Positions 9,144-17,851 of a stretch of 32,000 bases of DNA are shown here, in pieces; the first letter of the stretch is position 1; every line of letters begins with the position of its first letter. Position numbers and translations under genes: made by a program. The DNA is taken from contig JBBISB010000002.1 in NCBI GenBank assembly GCA_037441475.1, positions 66,020 through 98,019 on the forward strand. The letters are read 5' to 3'. The stretch is from Candidatus Iainarchaeum sp. Lineage in GTDB: Archaea; Iainarchaeota; Iainarchaeia; Iainarchaeales; CSSED10-239. The notes below the pieces were generated by a model. The model made no database searches. It was not told the DNA's origin and worked only from the letters and a program-made list of their open reading frames with translations.

Positions 9144-9761
9144 TTAAGGCTTTAGGACTAAGAAAAACTTTCTTTTCTTTAAAGAATCAGAATTATAGAT
9201 AAACATCTGAGAAGAAGAAAGCTCTCTTTTAAAGGAAGAAAAGATGGTTTGATAGACCTCTTCTGAGTCAGGGTAGAACTGTATTATTGAGAGGCCGTTT
9301 GGTTTTAGAAGCCTTTTAATCTCTTTTGCTATTTTTTTAATGATATTTTTAATCTCCATCTCAGATTTATTTGAAACAACCCATTGAAGAGCAGAGATTG
9401 AAAGAATAAGATCATATTTTTCATATATTTTTGATAAATCTTGAAAACCACCAAGCTTAACATCAAGTTTCTTGGATTTTGCTATCTTTATCATCTCTTT
9501 TGAAGGGTCAATACCTTTTAAAGAAAGAAAACCGTTTTCTTTTAAAAAATCTAAAGAAAACCCAGTTCCACAACCAACATCTAGAATGTCAATGGTTAAG
9601 TGGTTTGAGAGGGGAGAAGAGAGATCTAAAGCTATTTTTGTCATTTCCTCTTGTGTTTTTCTCATACCTGTGCTTTGGTTGTACCTGTTTGCTTCTTCTT
9701 CTGTATAAAAATCATTAGGGTTTGTGTAAACTTTCTCTGGAACCTCTGTGTTTAAAGACAT
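9144..9761 (-). CDS. Bud23/WBSCR22-like class I methyltransferase (small-subunit rRNA guanine-N7 methyltransferase family)
   Basis: 205 aa. FYTEEEANRYNQSTGMRKTQEEMTKIALDL, ILDVGCGTGFS, LILSISALQWV, IIQFYPDS and the C-terminal KKRKFFLVLK track the yeast Bud23 pattern (FY..EA.KY..ST....Q..MT..AL.L, LDIGCGSG, ISISA.QW, QFYP, KK.YLVL). Confidence 0.8.
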   Translation of the reverse strand: MSLNTEVPEKVYTNPNDFYTEEEANRYNQSTGMRKTQEEMTKIALDLSSPLSNHLTIDILDVGCGTGFSLDFLKENGFLSLKGIDPSKEMIKIAKSKKLDVKLGGFQDLSKIYEKYDLILSISALQWVVSNKSEMEIKNIIKKIAKEIKRLLKPNGLSIIQFYPDSEEVYQTIFSSFKRELSSSQMFIYNSDSLKKRKFFLVLKP

Positions 9762-9774
9762 ATTAACAACTTCT

Positions 9775-10017
9775 TTATTTTACATGCACAGTTCTTGTAG
9801 GGAAGGCAAACTCAATCTTTGATTTTTCAAATTCTTTTTTAATTGAAAGATTTATTTTATCTTTAACTATTAGATATTCCTTATAATCAAGAGCTCTTAT
9901 CCAGTAGATGATTCTTATGTTTAAAGAAAAATCTCCAAAAGACTCAAAGACAACATGATAGCTATCTTTTTCTACATTTTCATTTGTATTTAAAATATTA
10001 ATTATTATTTTCTTACC
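9775..10017 (-). other. C-terminal cytoplasmic domain of the MscS channel. It is in the same reading frame as 10018..10842 but cut off by an in-frame TAA.
   Basis: My translation immediately after the TAA at 10020..10018 gives GKKIIINILNTNENVEKDSYHVVFESFGDFSLNIRIIYWIRALDYKEYLIVKDKINLSIKKEFEKSKIEFAFPTRTVHVK, ending at TAA 9777..9775. This is the typical MscS C-terminal pattern (F.dss.n..i.yW, I.F..P). 10018 minus 9775 is 243, which is 81 codons. Confidence 0.8.
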
Positions 10018-10842
10018 TTATTCTAATTTCTTAAGAGAAGTACTATAGATAACACCAATTGTGAAATTTTCTCTTTTTGCTCTTCTTGCAGAAATATTTT
10101 CAACAGCATTAAGAGAAAGGTTTCTGTTTGGAACAACAACTAAGGTGTTATCAAAGAATCTTATCTTTGTAGATCTTATACCAATTTCTTCTACAGTTCC
10201 AAGACCATCTGAGGTTTTTAAAGTATCACCCATCTTAAATGGTTTTTCAACAAATATAACAATTCCTGATATAAAATTTTCTAAAATATCCTTAGAAGCT
10301 AAGGCAACTGCAAGACCACCAATACCAATACCTGCAAGCAAAGCACTTATATTAAATCCAAAGTTTGAGAGAACAACAAGAATAGCTAGGATAAAAAATA
10401 CAACTTTAACTAAGGATTTAAGTAAAGGTATTAATTGGTCATCATACTTTGATTCTGTTTTTTGTGTATGAGGTATTAGGTACTCATCTATGATGTCTAA
10501 AAAAAACTTAATAATAAATAATGTGATTGCTAAGACATAAACAAAGAAAGAAGTGTTCTTAACAGCTGTTACCCACCATTCAGAAACAACTAAATATTTA
10601 AAACCAATGTTAAAGAAAATAGTCACAATTAATATCTTTAAAGGTAGAGGTTTTGATAGAATCTTAGAGATTATATCATCTATCTTGTTTCTTGTATGCT
10701 TTGTTATTTTATTTAAAACATTTTTACTTATAAAAACAACAACTGCACTTACAACAAACCCTAAAAGAATAAAAAATATAAACCACATGAAGTTTTTTAA
10801 GGGATTTTGTAGAAACACAAGATCAAGAATATTGAATAACAT
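10018..10842 (-). CDS. MscS-family small-conductance mechanosensitive channel, N-terminal and pore part, terminated prematurely by TAA
   Basis: 274 aa with several TM helices followed by GIGIGGLAVALASKDILENFISGIVIFVEKPFKMGDTL, the MscS pore-helix and beta-domain signature. The ORF ends inside the conserved region (IGVIYSTSLKKLE*). Confidence 0.85.
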   Translation of the reverse strand: MLFNILDLVFLQNPLKNFMWFIFFILLGFVVSAVVVFISKNVLNKITKHTRNKIDDIISKILSKPLPLKILIVTIFFNIGFKYLVVSEWWVTAVKNTSFFVYVLAITLFIIKFFLDIIDEYLIPHTQKTESKYDDQLIPLLKSLVKVVFFILAILVVLSNFGFNISALLAGIGIGGLAVALASKDILENFISGIVIFVEKPFKMGDTLKTSDGLGTVEEIGIRSTKIRFFDNTLVVVPNRNLSLNAVENISARRAKRENFTIGVIYSTSLKKLE

Positions 10843-11015
10843 TTTAATAACACCTTCTAAAATTTTTATTTATAATACAAAAAAAATAAATATATAAATA
10901 TATTATAAACCAAAATCTTTATATTTATATAGACATATAATATGTATGTAAAATTAACTTTAAGTTATTTACTTCTTTTTATAAATAAATTACAATTAAA
11001 TAAAAACGATTAAAC

Positions 11016-11726
11016 ATGATAGACAAACCAATAGTTGAACTTAAAAACGTCTCTAAGATATACAAGATGGGACTTGTTGAAGTAAAGGCAATAAACGATG
11101 TTTCCTTAAAAATATTTCCAAAAGAATTTGTTGCAATCATGGGAGCGTCTGGTTCTGGAAAATCAACAATGATGCATTTAATTGGTGCACTTGATCTTCC
11201 TACAAAAGGAGAGCTTTCTATTCATAAGCATAAACTTTTAAGCTTTACAGAAGATGAACTTGCATCCTTAAGAGGAAAAACCATTAGTTTTGTTTTTCAA
11301 GACTTTCATTTAATACCTACCCTTACAGCTTTTGAAAATGTTAGACTTCCTATACTCTTCCAAACAAACGAAGATGATGAAGAAACATACAACAGAAGAT
11401 GTGAAGAACTTTTAGATGTTGTTGGTTTAAAAGATAGAATGGACCATAGGCCAGCTGAACTTTCAGGTGGTCAACAACAAAGAGTTGCAATTGCAAGAGC
11501 ACTTGCAAATGATCCTGAAATTATTTTAGGAGATGAACCTACAGGAGCCCTTGACTCTAAGTCCTCTGCTGAGATTATTCAACTTTTAAAAAAACTAAAT
11601 AAATCTGGAAAAACAATAATCATTATTACACATGATATTAATGTTGCAAAAAATGCAAAAAGAATAATTACTTTAAAAGATGGAAAAATAATTGAAGATA
11701 AAATAAACAAACAAGAAAACCCTTAA
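11016..11726 (+). CDS. ABC transporter ATP-binding protein, MacB/LolD-like subfamily
   Basis: Walker A GASGSGKST, Q-loop FVFQDF, signature LSGGQQQRVAIARAL, Walker B IILGDEPTGALD, H-loop ITHD. Confidence 0.92.
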   Translation: MIDKPIVELKNVSKIYKMGLVEVKAINDVSLKIFPKEFVAIMGASGSGKSTMMHLIGALDLPTKGELSIHKHKLLSFTEDELASLRGKTISFVFQDFHLIPTLTAFENVRLPILFQTNEDDEETYNRRCEELLDVVGLKDRMDHRPAELSGGQQQRVAIARALANDPEIILGDEPTGALDSKSSAEIIQLLKKLNKSGKTIIIITHDINVAKNAKRIITLKDGKIIEDKINKQENP

Positions 11727-11738
11727 GAAAAAGAAAAC

Positions 11739-12929
11739 ATGAAAAAACTAATTCCCTTTGTTATCTCAAACCTTAAAAGAAGGAAACTTAGAAGTTACTT
11801 AACAATCATAGGTATAATCGTAGGAGTTGTTGCTATCGTCTCTTTAATATCTTTGTCTGAAGGTCTTAAGAGTGGAGTTAGTCAAGAGTTTTCAAAAACA
11901 GGGGCACAGAAAATAACAGTTTCTTCAAAGTATGCACAAACCATACAAGGCTCCTCCTTTCCATTAACTGAAGATGAGGTTAAAGAGATTGAAAAACTGC
12001 CCTCCATTAACTTTGCAACCGGTTACCTTAATACCAGGGCCTCTATTGAGTTTAATAGAAGTAAAAAATTTGCAAGTGTTAGTGCATATGAAACAGATGT
12101 CTATAAAGAGATACTACTTCAAGAAGGAAAAGAAATATTTAGAGGAAAAATAATCACAGATGACAAGGCAAAAGAAATTGTTATTGGTTATGATTTGTTT
12201 AACAGTGATGAATTTTTTGGAAAAACAGTTAAGCTCGGAGATACAGTTGAAATATCAAACCAGAAATTTAAGGTGGTTGGAGTATTAAACGACTCTGGAA
12301 ATAAGAATGCTGATAGAGCAATCTATATGTCAATGGATAACCTTAGAGAGATATCAAATATCAAAGATAAGGAAGTTGATGTTATTTATGCTGTTATTAA
12401 AGAAAATGCAGATATTGAAAAAACAGGGCTTGATATTGAAGCAAGACTTGAAAAATTTAGAAAAGTTGAAGACTTTGTTGTAACTACACCTGTTAAGGAA
12501 GCAGAGAGTAGAGAAGAAACATTAAAAGCAGTTTCAATTGTTGTGGTTGGAATTGCATCAATCTCTCTTTTGGTTGGAGGTATTGGGATACTTAACTCCA
12601 TGTACACCTCTGTTCTTGAAAGAAGAAGAGAGATTGGGATTATGAAGGCTATTGGTGCTAGAAGAGAGGATATCTTAAAAATATTCTTAATTGAAGCAGG
12701 AATAATTGGTTTGATTGGTGGTATTATTGGCACCATAGGTGGTTTTTTAATAGCTTTTATAGTAAATACCATAGGAAAGTTTACAGGAACAGAAATATCA
12801 GCTTCCTTTGATCCAACCATTGTTTTAATTGCTCTTAGCTTTTCATTCTTGTTAGGCCTTTTAGCTGGTTTTCTTCCAGCATACCAAGCATCTAAACAAC
12901 AAGCAATTGATTCTTTAAGAGAGGAATAA
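11739..12929 (+). CDS. ABC transporter permease, MacB-periplasmic-core plus FtsX-type
   Basis: 396 aa. It has an N-terminal TM helix, a large extracytoplasmic domain, then SVLERRREIGIMKAIGARREDIL and three C-terminal TM helices (FtsX/MacB topology). It starts 12 nt after the ATPase gene. Confidence 0.85.
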   Translation: MKKLIPFVISNLKRRKLRSYLTIIGIIVGVVAIVSLISLSEGLKSGVSQEFSKTGAQKITVSSKYAQTIQGSSFPLTEDEVKEIEKLPSINFATGYLNTRASIEFNRSKKFASVSAYETDVYKEILLQEGKEIFRGKIITDDKAKEIVIGYDLFNSDEFFGKTVKLGDTVEISNQKFKVVGVLNDSGNKNADRAIYMSMDNLREISNIKDKEVDVIYAVIKENADIEKTGLDIEARLEKFRKVEDFVVTTPVKEAESREETLKAVSIVVVGIASISLLVGGIGILNSMYTSVLERRREIGIMKAIGARREDILKIFLIEAGIIGLIGGIIGTIGGFLIAFIVNTIGKFTGTEISASFDPTIVLIALSFSFLLGLLAGFLPAYQASKQQAIDSLREE

Positions 12930-12964
12930 AAAAAAATTATAATTTTAAAAGAAAAGGTGAAAAT

Positions 12965-13081
12965 ATGAACTTAAACAAAATAATAATAGTTATTGCATTG
13001 TTAATGGTTATGATAATACCAGTTAATGCTGCAACAACAAACTATGACATCATAAACTTAAATGCAGATAGATACATATAA
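12965..13081 (+). other. Signal-peptide-encoding 5' fragment that appears to belong to 13062..14210 but lies in another frame
   Basis: AAGGTGA Shine-Dalgarno-like motif (12954..12960) sits 4 nt before ATG 12965. The translation is MNLNKIIIVIALLMVMIIPVNAATTNYDIINLNADRYI*, a classic signal peptide with a VNA|A site. It overlaps the downstream ORF, which is offset by +1 and has a TAA immediately before its ATG at 13062. Confidence 0.65.
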
Positions 13082-14210
13082 CTACAACCCAACACCTGTA
13101 ATCTCAGGAGAGGAGTTTGAGATATGGATACAACTTACAAACAAAAGTAATGTTGCTGCTGATAATATAGAATATTTTTTAGAAACAGCATACCCTTTCA
13201 TTTTAATATCTGAAAATGAAGGGAAGATTTCAAAGCTTGAGGGCTTTCAATCAAAGATAATAAAATACAAATTAAAAACAAACAACGATGTTTTAACAGG
13301 AACATACGATCTTGAGTTTAGGTATAAAAGAGAGGGTATTAGTATTTACAATATTAAAAAATACACTATAGACATTAAAGGTAAATCAGCTATACTTGAG
13401 ATTGTTTCATCTAATGTCTTAGAAGCAAGTATTGGAGATGATTCAACTGTTCTTTTAAACCTTAAAAACTTAGGACAAAAAGACTCTAAGGATATCTTCA
13501 TAACACTCGGAGACTCTGCAGACCAAACAATTAAGGTTATTGGTCTTAAGACACAATATCTTGAGAGAATAAATATTGGACAAGAAACAAACGTTTCATT
13601 CATGATTAGTGTTTCAAAAAACGTTACTGAAACAAGCTACACTCTTCCAATAACTATTGAATATTCAGATATTGATAGAGATTATAAGGTTACAAGAAAC
13701 ATAGGAATAAAGCTTAATGATCAGCCAAAAATGATTTTAAGTGTTATTGGTGTTGGAGATGACTTTAAAATAAAACCAAACAGTAAAGAAACAATCACAA
13801 TTGAGATTTACAATGTTGGTAATGTTGATACTGAGATATCATATGTAACTATTGAAGGAAGCGGTATTAACTCAACAAAGGACTTTATAGGTTCTATTGA
13901 AAGAGATAATTACGATAAGATAGATGTTGTTTTAAACACTAAAGACATTAAAGAAAAAGAAACAGAAATTACTGTTACTCTTTTCTATAAGGACAACAAC
14001 CTTAAGGAACAAAAGATAACACAAACAGTTAGTGTACAAACAGATTTTTCTGCAAATGGAAAGAATGCAAATAAAGCTGTAATGTCTGTTCTTGGTATAC
14101 TTGGTTTTATCTTAGGCCTTGCAGTATTTATTCTTCTTGCAAGATGGCTTATTAAGATATTAATAAAACCTGCATACCATGCTGTTGTTGGAATATTTAA
14201 GAGAAAATAA
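13062..14210 (+). CDS. COG1361/CARDB-like cell-surface protein with a C-terminal TM anchor. The N-terminus is probably lost by a frameshift.
   Basis: 382 aa of repeated beta-sandwich-like modules (YNPTPVISGEEFEIWIQLTNKSNVAADNIEY, ITIEIYNVGNVDTEISYVTIEG). The C-terminal TM helix plus basic tail is VMSVLGILGFILGLAVFILLARWLIK. The ORF as called has no signal peptide. Confidence 0.7.
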   Translation: MQIDTYNYNPTPVISGEEFEIWIQLTNKSNVAADNIEYFLETAYPFILISENEGKISKLEGFQSKIIKYKLKTNNDVLTGTYDLEFRYKREGISIYNIKKYTIDIKGKSAILEIVSSNVLEASIGDDSTVLLNLKNLGQKDSKDIFITLGDSADQTIKVIGLKTQYLERINIGQETNVSFMISVSKNVTETSYTLPITIEYSDIDRDYKVTRNIGIKLNDQPKMILSVIGVGDDFKIKPNSKETITIEIYNVGNVDTEISYVTIEGSGINSTKDFIGSIERDNYDKIDVVLNTKDIKEKETEITVTLFYKDNNLKEQKITQTVSVQTDFSANGKNANKAVMSVLGILGFILGLAVFILLARWLIKILIKPAYHAVVGIFKRK

Positions 14211-14266
14211 ATTTTTTATTTTCTTTTTTTTTATTTTATAAAAAATATAAAAATAATAATTTACAC

Positions 14267-15487
14267 ATGAACACAGAAAAATACAAGCACCTTATAGATT
14301 TAACATTTAAAAATATTCTAAGAAGACTTAGATCAATTTTAACAATCATAGCTGTAGTGATTGGAATTGCAACCATTGTTGCCTTGTTTTTAATAAGTGA
14401 TGGACTACTTAACTATGTTGAAGATGTTTTTATGACAATGGGGATAAACACTATTTTCATTTTTCCAGTAAGCTTTCAAGGTGGGGCAAACCAAACTATT
14501 AGTAGGGTTTCTGAGGATATTAAGATAACGCAAAGTGATCTCCGGCTTATTGAAAAAATACCTGAAATAGATTATGCAATTGGTTTTTCTTTCAGAACAG
14601 CAAAGTATGAGTATAAGGGGGAAGAGAGTTATCAGTTTGTGATAATGGTTGACCCTAAGCTTGCAGATAAAACCTTTGAAATAATGGATATAGGGGTAAG
14701 GGAAGGAAAGAGCCTTCAAGGAAGAGAAGGGGCAGAAATTGTTGTTGGTTCATACTTTGCAGATAAACTTTTTAAAGAACCTATTAAGGTTGGACAAAAA
14801 ATAAAAATTCAAGATAAAGAGTTTAAGGTAATTGGTATTTTAGAACCTGTTGAAAATATGCAAGATGACTCTCAAGCGTATATAACCATGAACAGTGGAA
14901 GAGAACTTTTTGATACTGGAGAAACCTTAGATCAGATTTATGCAAGTGTAAAGCCTGAGTATGATCCTTTAGTTGTTCAAAAAGAGATTGAAAAAAGACT
15001 TGAAAAGAAACATGGTAAAAATAAATTTTTTATAATAACAGCAAAACAAGTTTTAACAATGATAAAAACTGTATTAGGTCTTTTACAAACCATTTTAGTC
15101 TCAATCGGGCTTATATCCATTGTTGTTGGAAGTATTGGTATCATGAACTCAATATATACATCAGTTATTGAGAGGACAAGGGAGATTGGTATCTTAAAAT
15201 CATTAGGGGCTAAAAAAGAAGATATTTATTTTATATTTACCTTTGAGTCTTTAGTGTTATCTTTAATTGGTGGAATCATTGGTTTGGGGCTTGGTATTGG
15301 AATTGCTAAGTTTGTGGAGTATTATGCAGCAAGCCAAGCCTTTATTACCCTTAATATAATAGTAACATGGCAAGTTGTGGCTCTTGCTTTAGGAGTATCC
15401 ATTATTGTTGGAATTGCAGCTGGACTTTTACCTTCAAAATCAGCAGCAAAGATGAATGTCGTGGATGCTTTAAGAAAAACTATTTAA
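14267..15487 (+). CDS. Second ABC transporter permease, MacB/FtsX-type
   Basis: 406 aa with the same architecture as 11739..12929. It contains SVIERTREIGILKSLGAKKEDIY followed by three TM helices. Confidence 0.85.
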   Translation: MNTEKYKHLIDLTFKNILRRLRSILTIIAVVIGIATIVALFLISDGLLNYVEDVFMTMGINTIFIFPVSFQGGANQTISRVSEDIKITQSDLRLIEKIPEIDYAIGFSFRTAKYEYKGEESYQFVIMVDPKLADKTFEIMDIGVREGKSLQGREGAEIVVGSYFADKLFKEPIKVGQKIKIQDKEFKVIGILEPVENMQDDSQAYITMNSGRELFDTGETLDQIYASVKPEYDPLVVQKEIEKRLEKKHGKNKFFIITAKQVLTMIKTVLGLLQTILVSIGLISIVVGSIGIMNSIYTSVIERTREIGILKSLGAKKEDIYFIFTFESLVLSLIGGIIGLGLGIGIAKFVEYYAASQAFITLNIIVTWQVVALALGVSIIVGIAAGLLPSKSAAKMNVVDALRKTI

Positions 15488-15550
15488 GATAGATTTATAA
15501 GTATTATTATCTTAGATATTAATATACAATAAAACATAAAAAGAAAAAAT

Positions 15551-16006
15551 ATGATTAACGAAAGATTAATTGAGCATATAAACGAACTTAAAAACAAAAG
15601 GATATCAGATGTTGAAATTACAGATATACTTCTTTTAAATAACTACACAGCAGAAGAAATTAAGGAAAATCTTAATCATTATAATAACATACATGGCTTT
15701 TCTTCAAATAACTATATTGAACAGTATGAAAAGATACAGGGAAAGAAGTTTTCAGAAGCAGAAGTTGAAACTTTTAAAAAAAAAATTGTAAGTGATAAAA
15801 AGAACTATGATCAAAAGATAAAGGACATTAAAAGAGAAGAGCCTGCTGTTAAAGTTGAGAAAAAAGAACCTCTTGTAACTTCTGAGAAAAAGAAGATGAG
15901 TAAAGGGGATTTAATTTCAATAGTTGCAATCATTGTTCTTCTAGCCTTTATAATCTATGTTATAATCTCTTACGATGTTATAAATAAGATAATTTTGAAA
16001 ATGTAA
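15551..16006 (+). CDS. Hypothetical tail-anchored membrane protein
   Basis: 151 aa. A charged K/E-rich soluble part is followed by one C-terminal TM helix (LISIVAIIVLLAFIIYVIISY). No recognisable family. Confidence 0.5.
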   Translation: MINERLIEHINELKNKRISDVEITDILLLNNYTAEEIKENLNHYNNIHGFSSNNYIEQYEKIQGKKFSEAEVETFKKKIVSDKKNYDQKIKDIKREEPAVKVEKKEPLVTSEKKKMSKGDLISIVAIIVLLAFIIYVIISYDVINKIILKM

Positions 16007-16065
16007 TTTTAGTTTTTATAAAAAATAGCAAAGCATTATGTTTTTAAAGTTTTAGTATATATAAT

Positions 16066-16091
16066 ATTTATATAAAAGCTATTTTTATATA
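16066..16091 (+). promoter_or_regulatory. Two TATA-box-like elements (tttatata) upstream of tRNA-Thr
   Basis: tttatata occurs at 16066..16073 and 16084..16091, that is 37-44 nt and 19-26 nt upstream of the mature tRNA 5' end at 16110. The upstream copy has spacing that fits an archaeal TATA box with a short leader. Confidence 0.35.
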
Positions 16092-16109
16092 TTTTAAAAC
16101 AAAAATAAA

Positions 16110-16181
16110 GCCTCTATAGCTCAGTGGTAGAGCGGCAGTCTTGTAAACTGTAGGTCGAGGGTTCAAATCCCCCTAGAGGCT
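16110..16181 (+). tRNA. tRNA-Thr (anticodon UGU), no encoded CCA, no intron
   Basis: Hand-folded cloverleaf. Acceptor stem is GCCTCTA/TAGAGGC. D arm is GCTC-AGTGGTA-GAGC. Anticodon stem is GCAGT/ACTGT with loop CT-TGT-AA. T arm is GAGGG-TTCAAAT-CCCCC with one A-C mismatch. Discriminator is T. It forms a G+C-rich island in AT-rich DNA. Confidence 0.93.
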
Positions 16182-16285
16182 TCTTTCTAAAGGGTTATAT
16201 GTATTTCTATTTTTTTGTACGCTTTTGTTATGTATTTATAAATTTAATGTAATTATATACTTATATAAAATATTAATTTTAAGGA

Positions 16286-16882
16286 GTGATTTATTTGACA
16301 ATAAGAAATCCATTTAAAAAAACATTTAAACAAAAAAGAGAATCTATTGGTGTTGATAGAGAGTTTAATGATACAAGAACAAGGTTAGTTGGAAGTATGA
16401 AAGTTACAAATCATCCAAGTCATCGACAAGCAAATCCGAAGATAAGACAAATAGAAACTTTATCTGAAATTCAAATAAATGGAATAAAAAATAAACTAAA
16501 AGAATTATCTTCTAAAAAAACAAAAAATGAACTTGAGGCTAGAAGACAGAAAGAAGCTATCTCAAAATTAAAATCAAAAATTAATAAATTAGAATTTTCC
16601 ACAAAAAATAAAACTTCTCTAATATCAGCTAAAAGAAATGAAGAGAGAAAATTAAGACAAGGTAAATTAATTGAAAAAAAACTAAAATCAATTATTAAAG
16701 ATTCTGCTGCTTTTAAAAGAAATGCTTCTGACTATGTTAAATATAAATTTGATACTAAAATAGATCCTTTAAAATTAAGGCAAGAATATGAGTATTTTTT
16801 AAAAACAAAAAGAAAGTCATTTGCAGATATTACTCTTAACGAAGCAGTGGCCCTTTTAGATAGCGCTATTGTTAAAAAATAG
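16286..16882 (+). CDS. Hypothetical, very basic Lys-rich coiled-coil-type protein
   Basis: 198-aa ORF. A strong SD-like AAGGAGTGA (16281..16289) suggests the real start is the in-frame TTG at 16295 rather than GTG 16286. No family recognised. It lies between the tRNA-Thr and the duplicated tRNA 3' end. Confidence 0.5.
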   Translation: MIYLTIRNPFKKTFKQKRESIGVDREFNDTRTRLVGSMKVTNHPSHRQANPKIRQIETLSEIQINGIKNKLKELSSKKTKNELEARRQKEAISKLKSKINKLEFSTKNKTSLISAKRNEERKLRQGKLIEKKLKSIIKDSAAFKRNASDYVKYKFDTKIDPLKLRQEYEYFLKTKRKSFADITLNEAVALLDSAIVKK

Positions 16883-17055
16883 TTTTTTTAAAAAATTATA
16901 TAAAAAAATAAGTAAAAAAGAAGAAAAAAGAGTTTTACTCTTCCACAACTCTATTCTCTTTTATTCTTTTAATAATCCTTGGAGCAAACTTTCAATTATC
17001 CTACAGATTGTAGAACCACAATGTTTATAAATAGTAGGCTTTTTACTTTTAGTAA

Positions 17056-17079
17056 AAATCCCACTAGAGGCTTTTTTCT
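17056..17079 (+). repeat. Direct repeat of the tRNA-Thr 3' end plus flank (att-like)
   Basis: aaatcccactagaggcttttttct (17056..17079) matches aaatccccctagaggcttctttct (16165..16188) at 22 of 24 positions. The match covers the T-loop, the 3' acceptor strand and the first flanking bases. Confidence 0.7.
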
Positions 17080-17164
17080 TTTTTTAATAAATTTAAATAA
17101 ACCTAATTGTTATTAAATATAGGAATTATTTTTAAACAGGTATTAACACACAAAAAATTATTTA

Positions 17165-17740
17165 CTAAAAATTAATAGTGTCTATAATAACATGTAATGT
17201 TGTATCTTTAGATTTAATCTTTTCAACAACTGCAAAAGAATTGCACACAAAACTAAAATCAGATTTAATTTTATTTAAATTAATATTGTTATCAAAAAGA
17301 TTATAAAAAATAGTCATGTGTGGATTATATCTTTCAAGAACATATATATCTCTGTATTTATTATAATAAATTTGAGATAATTTATCCTCATATTTTTTAA
17401 AAGGTTTTTCAAAAAACATATGTTTTTCACAAAGCTTAACAATATCCTTTTCAATATTTAATAAATATTTTTCTTTTTTAAAAAGTAGAACTAATGTTTT
17501 TTTATTAAATATTTCATATTTATCACTAACTAAAACAAAAGGACTACATTTTTTAGAAAATCTTATTAGATGTTTTAAAAAAACATCATAATCCTTAACA
17601 ACAAAACTAGACCTTAAGGTAATGTGTAAGGGATGATTAGTTATTTTAAGATCATATTTTTTATTATACCTAGTTTTAATACTTTTTAGATATTTGTGTG
17701 TATTTTTATCTGGTAAAATAACAAGATATATTTCTTTCAT
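17165..17740 (-). CDS. 2H phosphoesterase superfamily protein (LigT / 2'-5' RNA ligase / cyclic phosphodiesterase-like)
   Basis: 191 aa with two H-x-T-x motifs at the expected spacing: PLHITLRS (around aa 38) and NPHMTIFY (around aa 141). Confidence 0.7.
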   Translation of the reverse strand: MKEIYLVILPDKNTHKYLKSIKTRYNKKYDLKITNHPLHITLRSSFVVKDYDVFLKHLIRFSKKCSPFVLVSDKYEIFNKKTLVLLFKKEKYLLNIEKDIVKLCEKHMFFEKPFKKYEDKLSQIYYNKYRDIYVLERYNPHMTIFYNLFDNNINLNKIKSDFSFVCNSFAVVEKIKSKDTTLHVIIDTINF

Positions 17741-17851
17741 AAATAACTAATAGAATAGTAAAGAATAAAAAGCATGTAACCATTTTTAAAAGGACATACA
17801 ACAGAGGCTTTCTTGTTATATAATAGTTTTTAATCCCTTAAGATTTTAAAG

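Noticed and set aside
16883-17079. A second tRNA gene or pseudogene at the duplicated tRNA 3' end
   Set aside because: Similarity starts only at the T-loop (aaatccc…). No 5' acceptor strand, D-arm or anticodon arm can be found upstream. It is better explained as an att-type partial duplication.
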